A stretch of 64,000 nt of DNA. Origin: Burkholderiales bacterium (GTDB taxonomy: Bacteria > Pseudomonadota > Gammaproteobacteria > Burkholderiales > Eutrophovitaceae). Positions within the stretch are counted from its first letter, which is position 1. Each line of letters starts with the position of its first letter. Shown here piece by piece: positions 19,427 through 27,698 of the stretch. The stretch spans positions 138,329-202,328 of the forward strand of contig JAOEKQ010000001.1 in assembly GCA_028379895.1 (NCBI GenBank). The letters run 5' to 3'. The notes below the pieces were generated by a model. It saw only the letters and a program-made list of their open reading frames with translations. It was not told the DNA's origin and searched no databases. The position numbers and the translations under genes are program-made.

Positions 19427-20224
19427 GTGGTGATTTTTAATTATGCTCATTGGAAGCTAAAACTTTCAACAATTTTTGTTTTAGCTTCTTTGGTGGCACC
19501 AATGTCCAATATTAATGCAAACGATCGAGTTTTCATTGATGATCTGGAAGGAATTTGGTTTGAAAGGGATTACCTTGATATTTTGAGGGAAACAAAACAA
19601 CCTCATGAGGCTGAAAAAAAATCCAAGCCGGTATTGATCGCGATAAAAAAAGAGGGTCGTGTCTACCCCTATTTTGCGACGGATATGGTGATGGCCACAT
19701 TGATGATTGTATTTGATGTTGAACCTGGAGAAGATCCAGACACCTATCGGTTGGTTCTAGGAGAGAGGAATGTGCCAACTTCCGCCGAGGATGTTGTTTA
19801 TGTCTGGTTTAAGGGAAAAAAATCCGCAGATGGTCAATTCCGACAACTACAGATACAAGAGCCTCTCATAATGGCCGGCCAGTGGGCTGAGTATGAGCGC
19901 GTTGGTAAAGAATTGGGTCCAATCATTAATGATATCGTGTTGAGCGGGGAATATCTCGATAAAGATGGTAAACAATGGACTTTTACCGATGAGGGTAAAG
20001 CAACATTCCCTGGTGAGAGCGCGTTTTATTTTGAAGTGTCTTTAATACGAGATGGCGCGAGTTGTGACTATATTGAAGCCGAGGACTTGCAATCATCGAC
20101 TGGCATAGCTTACTACGGCTTCAGTTGGACCGATTCTGGAACTGTAAAGATTTTTAACGCTAGCTTAGAAGGGGACGTGGTCGTTTGTCGGTCTCAGCCA
20201 TTCGCAGAATTAACGCCAATGTGA
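19427..20224 (+). CDS. Secreted protein of unknown function
   Basis: 265-aa ORF with a signal-like N-terminus (LSTIFVLASLVAPMSNINA/ND). AAGGAG overlaps the amidase stop region just upstream of the GTG start. No family recognised. Confidence 0.55.
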   Translation: MVIFNYAHWKLKLSTIFVLASLVAPMSNINANDRVFIDDLEGIWFERDYLDILRETKQPHEAEKKSKPVLIAIKKEGRVYPYFATDMVMATLMIVFDVEPGEDPDTYRLVLGERNVPTSAEDVVYVWFKGKKSADGQFRQLQIQEPLIMAGQWAEYERVGKELGPIINDIVLSGEYLDKDGKQWTFTDEGKATFPGESAFYFEVSLIRDGASCDYIEAEDLQSSTGIAYYGFSWTDSGTVKIFNASLEGDVVVCRSQPFAELTPM

Positions 20225-20274
20225 GGTTATGGCAAGCGGCATCTTGAGTACTCTGAATTCTTTAAGGATAACCT

Positions 20275-21681
20275 ATGAATGATATCGACGTAAAAAATAC
20301 TCGACGTCGTGTCGATACGGTTCAGCAATGCCTTGAAGATATAAAGGTCATTCTCGAAAGTCATCAATATATTGAGTTAGATAATCGTAAAGAGCAAAGT
20401 TTGACTGAGCTACAGGAGCGATTAGATTCAATGCATCCAGCTGATATTGCGGCATTGTTGGAGCAATTACCTCTTGATGAACGGTTAGTTGTTTGGAAAT
20501 TCATCCCATCGGATGTAGACGGAGATGTTTTACTCGAGGTGTCAGACGCTGTTAGAGAAACGCTAATAGCCGATATGGATACTCAAGAACTTATCGCCGC
20601 AACGGAGCAGTTGGACGCTGACGAAATTGCTGATCTTGCGCCGGATTTGCCAGAAGAGGTTATTGCCGACGTATTTAGCTCGTTGTCGGAGGAAGAGCGA
20701 CTGCAGCTAAAAGCAGCATTGTCTTATCCAGAGGATACGGTAGGCGCGTTAATGGATTTTGAGATGGTTACCGTTCGAGAGGATGTTGCACTTGATGTAG
20801 TGCTAAGGTATCTGAGACGACTCGAGAGGTTACCACCGAATACGGATAAGCTATTTGTGGTTGATCGCCGAGAAGTTTTAAAAGGTGCTCTCTCTATAAG
20901 TGACTTGATTGTAGCCGCGCCCGAGACGAAAGTTTGTGATGTGATGTCGACTGATATTGTGACTTTTAATCCAGGTAGAGACGCCGAAGGTGCGGCACAC
21001 GCTTTTGAGCGTTACGATTTGGTCTCGGCGCCGGTTGTTGATGCTCACAGCCGTATTGTTGGAAGGATGACGATTACAGATATTGTTGACTACATAAGAG
21101 AGGATGCAGAACAGGAGTCGTTGGGGAAAGTCGGTCTGCGAGACGAAGACTTATTCTCTTCTGTGTGGAAGAGCGCAAAGAATAGGTGGTTGTGGCTCGC
21201 CGTTAATTTAGGAACTGCTTTTTTTGCGTCGCGAGTCATTGGCCTGTTTGAAGATTCGATAGAGAAGCTTGTCGCTTTGGCCGCATTGATGCCGATCGTC
21301 GCTGCGATAGCCGGCAATTCTGGTAATCAAACCGTTGCACTTATTGTTCGAGCGCTAGCTTTTGAAGAGATCAATAAAAGTAATGCTAAAGGGCTTCTCC
21401 GTAAGGAATTGTCTATTGCATTAGTGAATGGCATTTTGTGGGGGTCCGTTGCAGGTATTTTCGCGTGGTTACTGTACGGAAATATTGCGCTTGGATTTGT
21501 CATGCTGGGAGCGATGTTACTTAATCTGATCGTTGGTGCTGGGGTTGGCATGTTAGTCCCATTATTTCTGCAGAAAATCGGTAGAGATCCGGCTATAGGT
21601 TCCTCCGTGTTGTTAACGTTTAGTACTGACAGTATGGGTTTTTTAATATTTCTTGGTCTCGCGACCGTCTTCCTTGTTTAA
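20275..21681 (+). CDS. mgtE: Magnesium transporter MgtE
   Basis: 468 aa with an MgtE N-domain (HPADIAALLEQL), tandem CBS region and C-terminal TM domain (PIVAAIAGNSGNQ). Confidence 0.9.
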   Translation: MNDIDVKNTRRRVDTVQQCLEDIKVILESHQYIELDNRKEQSLTELQERLDSMHPADIAALLEQLPLDERLVVWKFIPSDVDGDVLLEVSDAVRETLIADMDTQELIAATEQLDADEIADLAPDLPEEVIADVFSSLSEEERLQLKAALSYPEDTVGALMDFEMVTVREDVALDVVLRYLRRLERLPPNTDKLFVVDRREVLKGALSISDLIVAAPETKVCDVMSTDIVTFNPGRDAEGAAHAFERYDLVSAPVVDAHSRIVGRMTITDIVDYIREDAEQESLGKVGLRDEDLFSSVWKSAKNRWLWLAVNLGTAFFASRVIGLFEDSIEKLVALAALMPIVAAIAGNSGNQTVALIVRALAFEEINKSNAKGLLRKELSIALVNGILWGSVAGIFAWLLYGNIALGFVMLGAMLLNLIVGAGVGMLVPLFLQKIGRDPAIGSSVLLTFSTDSMGFLIFLGLATVFLV

Positions 21682-21730
21682 TGCAAAATAAAAATTTTTT
21701 AATAGGTTTTCGACCGGAGTAAGCCGTAAT

Positions 21731-22685
21731 ATGAAAAAAAATATATTCAGATCTAATGTTCGCCCATCAGAGATCACTTCTAGAACGTTGTTCGAGTCGC
21801 GACGACGATGGATGCAGGGGGGGGGGCGCGTCGTTAGCTTCTTTAGTAATTCCAAAAAGTGCTGTGGAATCCCGAGAAGCTTCGAAATTTCCTGTGCCGT
21901 TAGATGCTAAGAAAAGTAAATTTTCAAGTGACGAGGAACAAACAAGTTATTCGGACGTTACTCGATATAACAATTTCTATGAATTTGGTACGGGTAAGGA
22001 AGATCCTTTTGAGCAAGCACATCGACTGAAAACGGATGAGTGGAAAATACAAGTAATCGGTGAGGTTAATCGGCCAAAAACATTTGATATAGATGATCTT
22101 TTGCGGTTGGCGCCGATAGAGGAGCGAATTTATCGGTTGCGATGTGTGGAGGCATGGTCAATGGTAATTCCTTGGGCTGGCTTTCCTCTGTCTAAATTAT
22201 TAAATGTGGTGCAACCAACAGGAAATGCGCGTTTTGTCGAATTTGTCTCTTTACATGATCCTGAACAAATGCCGGGACAAAAAAGCCCAGTGCTTGATTG
22301 GCCCTACACAGAGGGTTTACGAATCGATGAGGCGATGAATCCACTTGCGCTTTTAACCGTTGGCTTATACGGAGAGATTTTACCTAATCAAAACGGGGCT
22401 CCAGTAAGAATAGTCGTTCCATGGAAGTATGGATTTAAGAGCGCGAAATCAATTGTTACTATTCGAGTGACAGAAAGACAACCAAACTCATCATGGAACC
22501 TCACAAACCCTAAAGAATATGGGTTTTATTCAAATGTTAATCCAAACGTCTCGCATCCCAGGTGGAGCCAAAGAAGAGAGAGGCGTATAGGGGAGTTTCT
22601 TAAGCGAGACACACTGATGTTCAATGGATATTCTGAATGGGTGGCGGATCTGTATGCAGACTTAGATTTGACTAAGTATTTTTAA
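21731..22685 (+). CDS. msrP: Protein-methionine-sulfoxide reductase catalytic subunit MsrP (YedY), with an apparent frameshift in a G10 tract
   Basis: Body in ORF 21756..22685 ([39 protein letters not shown]). The Tat-type leader [32 protein letters not shown] is in another frame starting at ATG 21731. The frames meet at G10 (21817..21826). Confidence 0.8.
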
Positions 22686-22698
22686 CATAATTTAGTTT

Positions 22699-23334
22699 AT
22701 GGCTTACTCAGCTCGTGCGCCGAGGCCCTCTAGCAAAAGCAAGCGGCTTAATATTCCATTGATATGGCTGGGTAGCTCGCTGCCGCTAGTCGTTCTGGTC
22801 TTACGTGCCATTACGAGTGAGTTAACTGCGAACCCGATTGAGTTTATATCGCAATTTACTGGGTGGTGGACTCTAGTTTTTTTGATGTTAACACTGTCTG
22901 TGACTCCTATTCGAGCGTTATTTAATATGCCGCTTGTTTTTCCTCTTAGAAGAACTCTAGGCCTCATTACGTTTTTCTATTCTTTGGTCCATTTTTTAAG
23001 TTGGTTGGTTTTGGATCAGTATTTTGATTGGACTGAAATTTTATTAGACCTGATGGACCGTCCTTTTATTTATTTTGGTTTCACGGCATTTGTAGGGCTA
23101 TTAATATTGGCGATAACTTCAATCAATCGTGCGAAGGTGATTATCGGTCCGATGCGATGGATATGGTTACATAAGAGTGTCTATATTGTAGCGATTTTAG
23201 GTGTAATACACTTTTTTATCTTGGTGAAGCGTGACATAACAGAGCCGTTAATATTCGCCTCCGTATTATTTCTCTTGTTAGGTTATCGAATACTTGTATT
23301 CATTAGAAAAAAACGAAAACTCCGGATTAAATGA
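22699..23334 (+). CDS. msrQ: Protein-methionine-sulfoxide reductase heme-binding subunit MsrQ (YedZ)
   Basis: 211 aa, polytopic membrane protein immediately downstream of msrP, with conserved His-containing helices (LVHFLSW, GVIHFF). Confidence 0.85.
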   Translation: MAYSARAPRPSSKSKRLNIPLIWLGSSLPLVVLVLRAITSELTANPIEFISQFTGWWTLVFLMLTLSVTPIRALFNMPLVFPLRRTLGLITFFYSLVHFLSWLVLDQYFDWTEILLDLMDRPFIYFGFTAFVGLLILAITSINRAKVIIGPMRWIWLHKSVYIVAILGVIHFFILVKRDITEPLIFASVLFLLLGYRILVFIRKKRKLRIK

Positions 23335-23548
23335 TTGGCCAAGTCCTGTTGAAATTTGAGTTAACTGCTCATAGGTATGGGGTGGGGCTTCTGGATCGTC
23401 AATTGGGCACTCTTTGCGGATTTTATAAGTATGCGAGCAGAGTTAATTTCAACTCTGCAACTTTAAGATAGAAAGCTGACACCGGATTCAGACATTCATT
23501 TCACATCGTAATGTAGATTTCATTTACTAGATTCATTTATATCCTTTT

Positions 23549-24481
23549 TTAATTGACGGTTAACGAAGGCCGCGCTTGTTTTTTGTGAATCACTATAAAA
23601 ATACCCAAAAGAATTCCGGTAAACCCCATTAGGCTGCTTAGTCCAACCATTTCATCAAGAATAATCCAGGCCAGTATGGAGGCTAGGATTGGTTCAGATA
23701 ATACGGTCATTGAAACGATGATCGCGGGAAAACGCCTTACGCCCCAGTTAAGAATTGTGTGCCCAACAAGCTGCGGACCTAATGCCACGCAAGAAATGTA
23801 GAACCAGGCTGTGGATGATAGATCCGGTATTAAGTTCTCCCCTCTGTGTAAGTGATAGACGACAAGTGCCATAGTGGCGAATCCGTATGTGAGGAAAACA
23901 TATGTTTTCAAGTCGATCGTACTACGGAGAGTTCGGCCGATAATTAAATACATTGCGATTGAGATTGCTCCTAAAGTGGCGAGTATTTCGCCTTTGAGGA
24001 AGTTCTCTTCTGCAGTTATAAAAATTCCGTTCTGATGATGAAGGATGAAAAGGGCGCTACTCATTGCAATTACTATCCCAAGGATCTGCCGTCTTGTGAT
24101 GGTTTCTTTTAAAACAAAAAAACTTATTACTACTACCCATAAAGGACTTGTGGTGACTAGAAATGTACTTGTCGAGACCGGAATATGTTCCAGAGAGATA
24201 ATCCAAGCCAGAAAGTGTAACGCCAGAAAAATGCCGGCGAGAGCACTTCCAAGTATGGCGCGGTTTTTACAGTGTTTCACGTCTTCCCAGATTGATTTAA
24301 AGGACAACAAAGCTAAGCATACCGAAGCGATGCCTAATCGAAGAAGTGCGATACTACTCGAGGTGGCGCCCTCATTTTGGGCGCCTTTAATAAGCACTGC
24401 TGCAATGGAAATTGCTAGAATTGCAAGTGCTAGTAAAAAGTAATTTTTGTGTGTGCCGAGCTTTGCAATTGATTTGGCCAA
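23549..24481 (-). CDS. EamA/DMT-family transporter
   Basis: 310 aa with about 10 TM segments in two EamA-like halves. Confidence 0.75.
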   Translation of the reverse strand: MAKSIAKLGTHKNYFLLALAILAISIAAVLIKGAQNEGATSSSIALLRLGIASVCLALLSFKSIWEDVKHCKNRAILGSALAGIFLALHFLAWIISLEHIPVSTSTFLVTTSPLWVVVISFFVLKETITRRQILGIVIAMSSALFILHHQNGIFITAEENFLKGEILATLGAISIAMYLIIGRTLRSTIDLKTYVFLTYGFATMALVVYHLHRGENLIPDLSSTAWFYISCVALGPQLVGHTILNWGVRRFPAIIVSMTVLSEPILASILAWIILDEMVGLSSLMGFTGILLGIFIVIHKKQARPSLTVN

Positions 24482-24931
24482 TTAGTTTAATTTATCAGGT
24501 GTGGGCGGATCAGCCGGTAATCCATAGACCTCTATTCCTTCCTCTTGAAGTTCTTTAATGGCGTCGCTTGAAGCTTGACCACGAATAGAGCGTTTATCTG
24601 TTTCTCCATAATAGATTTTTCGTGCTTCATCAGGGAATTTCGCACCAACATCCTCTGTGTTTTGAATGATGTATTCGATGAACTTTTTCTGGAGATGCTG
24701 TGGGTCCAAGCCAGCCAGTGCAGTTTCTGTTTGTTTGGTTACAGATGAAGTTTTTGTGGCGGCCCCGACATTTACATATGGTGCTGACAGTTGCTTAGTT
24801 ACATTAGTTGAGCCGCAGGTCGGGCAAGATATTTGTTTATTTTCTTGTTGCTTATCAAATTGGCCTGGTGAAGCAAACCAACCCTCAAAATTATGGTCCT
24901 GGTCGCAGGATAAGTTATAAACGATCATCAT
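24482..24931 (-). CDS. DUF1178-family zinc-ribbon protein
   Basis: MIVYNLSCDQDHNFEGWF...SCPTCGS matches the N-terminal pattern typical of DUF1178. Confidence 0.7.
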   Translation of the reverse strand: MMIVYNLSCDQDHNFEGWFASPGQFDKQQENKQISCPTCGSTNVTKQLSAPYVNVGAATKTSSVTKQTETALAGLDPQHLQKKFIEYIIQNTEDVGAKFPDEARKIYYGETDKRSIRGQASSDAIKELQEEGIEVYGLPADPPTPDKLN

Positions 24932-25030
24932 TAAAACCTAAAGAATTCGTAAGCGTGAGAGCTACCAATGTCGCGGTATTTTGGTTGTCCGCAAAGATAT
25001 TTTCAACAAACATAACTCTTAGTAGATTCA

Positions 25031-26275
25031 TCAAGGAGCAGTTCGTTCATTATGGAAAAGTTCGTCGACCGACTCTCTTTTTCTAATGATATGTGCATGA
25101 GTATCGTCAATAAGAATCTCAGAAGCTCTTCCCCTAGAGTTGTAATTAGAGCTCATGGTCATGCCGTAAGCCCCTACTGAGTGAATCGCAAGGATGTCAC
25201 CTTCATTAACGTACAAATCACGGTCTTTACCCAAAAAATCTCCTGTTTCGCAAATTGGTCCTACAATATCGTAGCGTTTTGCGGGCTTATTCTCATCGCG
25301 ACGAATGCTATCTATGTGATGGTAAGCATTGTATAAAGATGGTCGAGCAAGGTCGTTCATCGCAGCATCCACTACAATAAAATTTTTATTTGAGCCGTGC
25401 TTAAGGTATTCGACCTTAGTGAGCAGTACGCCCGAATTCCCTACGATGGAGCGACCCGGCTCTACAAGGATTTCTTGCTCGCGTTCGCTCATGACCTCGA
25501 GCAGCATTTCTACGAATAGCTCCTGGTGAATTGGCGTTTCATTTTGATATTGGATGCCGAGCCCGCCACCGAAATCAATATGGTCAATTACGATATTTTC
25601 AGTAATTAACTTATCGGTTAATTCAACCATTTTTAACGCTGCGTCACGCATCGGCGCGATATCAGTTAGCTGAGACCCAATATGACAATCAATCCCGGTA
25701 GGTACTATATTGGGTAGTTCCGCGGCCACTTTATATAATCGAGTCGCGTCATTAACATCGACTCCGAATTTGTTCTCTTTCAGCCCTGTTGAGATATAAG
25801 GGTGTGTTTTTGCATCTACGTCAGGATTAACTCTCAAGCTGATATTTGCGGCAATATTCATCTCTTTAGCTATATCGGAAATACGATATAACTCCGACTC
25901 TGATTCGACATTAAAACATTTAATCTTCTTTTGTAGGGCATATTTAATCTCAGCATGAGTTTTGCCGACCCCAGAAAAAACGATCTTGCTTGGGTCTCCT
26001 TCAGCTGCTAATACTCGGCTTAGTTCTCCCCCTGAAACAATATCAAAGCCGCTTCCTAATTGAGCAAGAATTTTAATAATTGCTATGTTCGAGTTCGCTT
26101 TAACAGCGTAGCAAACCAAACTCTTACGTTCGCCAAAGGCATTTTTAAATCTATTGAAATTAGTTTCAACAGAGCTCCTGGAATAAACGTAACAAGGAGT
26201 TCCAAATTCTTCGGCTATATCACTGGCGGCTTTGTCTTCGATATATAACTCGCCTGATTTTCTATGAATTGTCAT
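25031..26275 (-). CDS. lysA: Diaminopimelate decarboxylase
   Basis: 414 aa with a PLP-Lys region (VCYAVKANSN) plus DFGGGLG and GPICETGD. Confidence 0.92.
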   Translation of the reverse strand: MTIHRKSGELYIEDKAASDIAEEFGTPCYVYSRSSVETNFNRFKNAFGERKSLVCYAVKANSNIAIIKILAQLGSGFDIVSGGELSRVLAAEGDPSKIVFSGVGKTHAEIKYALQKKIKCFNVESESELYRISDIAKEMNIAANISLRVNPDVDAKTHPYISTGLKENKFGVDVNDATRLYKVAAELPNIVPTGIDCHIGSQLTDIAPMRDAALKMVELTDKLITENIVIDHIDFGGGLGIQYQNETPIHQELFVEMLLEVMSEREQEILVEPGRSIVGNSGVLLTKVEYLKHGSNKNFIVVDAAMNDLARPSLYNAYHHIDSIRRDENKPAKRYDIVGPICETGDFLGKDRDLYVNEGDILAIHSVGAYGMTMSSNYNSRGRASEILIDDTHAHIIRKRESVDELFHNERTAP

Positions 26276-26439
26276 TGTTCTTTTCGTGTTGCTAAATTTG
26301 GATCTGCATTTCGCGTGGTTGAAACAGGCTTTGCGTCTGCATCAGATTTTTCCGGCATGTACAGTGCTCCGGTTTGTCCGCAACTTGAAACCAGACATAA
26401 GCACAGAATTAAAAAAGGTAATTTTGGTGTTGAAGTCAT
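26272..26439 (-). CDS. lptM: Small lipoprotein LptM (YifL/LppL family)
   Basis: 55 aa, below the track cutoff: MTSTPKLPFLILCLCLVSSCGQTGALYMPEK... It has a lipobox LVSSC followed by GxxGxLYxP. The stop overlaps the lysA ATG (ATGA), the usual position for this gene. Confidence 0.7.
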   Translation of the reverse strand: MTSTPKLPFLILCLCLVSSCGQTGALYMPEKSDADAKPVSTTRNADPNLATRKEQ

Positions 26440-26444
26440 GTGTC

Positions 26445-27155
26445 TCAGTCTGAGGTTTTCGGCATGTTGGTCTCAATCCAGGTTTCCACTTGCTTTATTA
26501 AAGCTTCAGGTGACTTATTAACTGTTTCTATTGGTTTTCCAATCACCACATTAATTGTCCCTGGTTTTTTTAGCAACGCGTTCTTGGGCCAATATTCGCC
26601 TGCATTATGTGCGACCGGTAGTATAGCCGACTGTAGCTTTGCGGACAGCCATGCTCCGCCTACTTGATACTTGACTTTTTTATGAGGCGAGGTTCTCGTT
26701 CCTTCCGGAAAAACAATGATATACCAGCCGTTTTGAATACGGTTCTTACCTTGAATGAGCATTTGTTTAAGTGCTTTGGATTTGCTGGATCGGTCTATTG
26801 CTATAGGGTTCATCATCGCTAGCCCCCAGCCGAAAAATGGAACGAGTAGAAGACTACTTTTTAAAACCCAGACTTGAGGTGGAAAGATAGCTTGAAAAGC
26901 GAAGGTTTCCCAAGCTGATTGATGTTTAGAAAGGATCACGCAAGGATCACTAGGAATATTTTCTAAGCCTTTAACGTCGTATTTGATACCGCAAATGTAT
27001 TCGGCCAGAAGCGTAATACAGTGTGACCATAGAGTGATTACACGATATCTTTTTATTGGAGAGAGTGGGAAGGTGAGAATAGCGATAAAAGAAAATACTA
27101 TCGTTAAAGATGCTCGTAAGAGCTCAAAAACTAAAGATCTAGCTAAAATGAACAC
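26445..27155 (-). CDS. plsC: 1-acyl-sn-glycerol-3-phosphate acyltransferase
   Basis: 236 aa with HxxxxD-type block (SKHQSAWETF) and FPEGTR. Confidence 0.85.
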   Translation of the reverse strand: MFILARSLVFELLRASLTIVFSFIAILTFPLSPIKRYRVITLWSHCITLLAEYICGIKYDVKGLENIPSDPCVILSKHQSAWETFAFQAIFPPQVWVLKSSLLLVPFFGWGLAMMNPIAIDRSSKSKALKQMLIQGKNRIQNGWYIIVFPEGTRTSPHKKVKYQVGGAWLSAKLQSAILPVAHNAGEYWPKNALLKKPGTINVVIGKPIETVNKSPEALIKQVETWIETNMPKTSD

Positions 27156-27157
27156 GA

Positions 27158-27697
27158 CTATCGGGAAGAAGTGATATGTTTTACAGCTTCGTTTAGGTCC
27201 GTGAACTGTATGGTGTCTTCTGGTAATTCAGTACTCATTGATGTCTGTTCGCCTTTACCAGTTTTTACCAAAACTGGGAGTGCACCTACCGAGCTGGCGG
27301 CTTGAAGATCCTTAAGGGAATCGCCAATGAACGGAATATCCTTTAGATTGACGTTGAACCTCTCTGCAATACTTAGAAGCATTCCTGGCTCAGGTTTTCG
27401 ACAGTGGCATTGGGATTCGCTAATGTGTGGACAAAAGAACAGAGCGTCTATCCTCCCGCCAACACTAGCTAGTGCTCGATACATTTTGTCATTGATTGCA
27501 TTGAGAGTAGACATGTCGAATAGGCCCCTGCCAATTCCAGATTGGTTGGTGGCAATAACAACGCGATAGCCCATATGGTTGAGTCGGGCGACAGCTTCTA
27601 GGCTTTGCGGTATCGGTTTCCATTCGGCAGAACTTTTAATGTACCGGTCGCTATCGAAATTGATTACACCATCTCTATCAAGTATGACCAATTTCAT
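27158..27697 (-). CDS. gmhB: D-glycero-beta-D-manno-heptose-1,7-bisphosphate 7-phosphatase
   Basis: 179 aa HAD fold (LDRDGVIN, ATNQSGIGRG) with a Zn-binding CPH...CHCRKP block. Confidence 0.85.
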   Translation of the reverse strand: MKLVILDRDGVINFDSDRYIKSSAEWKPIPQSLEAVARLNHMGYRVVIATNQSGIGRGLFDMSTLNAINDKMYRALASVGGRIDALFFCPHISESQCHCRKPEPGMLLSIAERFNVNLKDIPFIGDSLKDLQAASSVGALPVLVKTGKGEQTSMSTELPEDTIQFTDLNEAVKHITSSR

Positions 27698-27698
27698 A

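Noticed and set aside
23437-23458. 8-bp hairpin GCAGAGTT-AATTTC-AACTCTGC in the convergent msrQ/EamA gap, considered as a terminator.
   Set aside because: There is no U-run on either strand and the stem is AT-rich, so it cannot be called an intrinsic terminator with confidence.
23377-23466. 29-codon hydrophobic ORF (MGWGFWIVNWALFADFISMRAELISTLQL) in the same gap.
   Set aside because: It has no proper ribosome-binding spacing, runs through the hairpin, and has no clear TM-plus-charged-tail architecture. It is indistinguishable from chance.
26264-26521. 85-aa plus-strand ORF in the lysA-plsC junction.
   Set aside because: It has no recognisable features. The opposite strand encodes a well-formed LptM-type lipoprotein in the expected syntenic position, so this ORF is a shadow.
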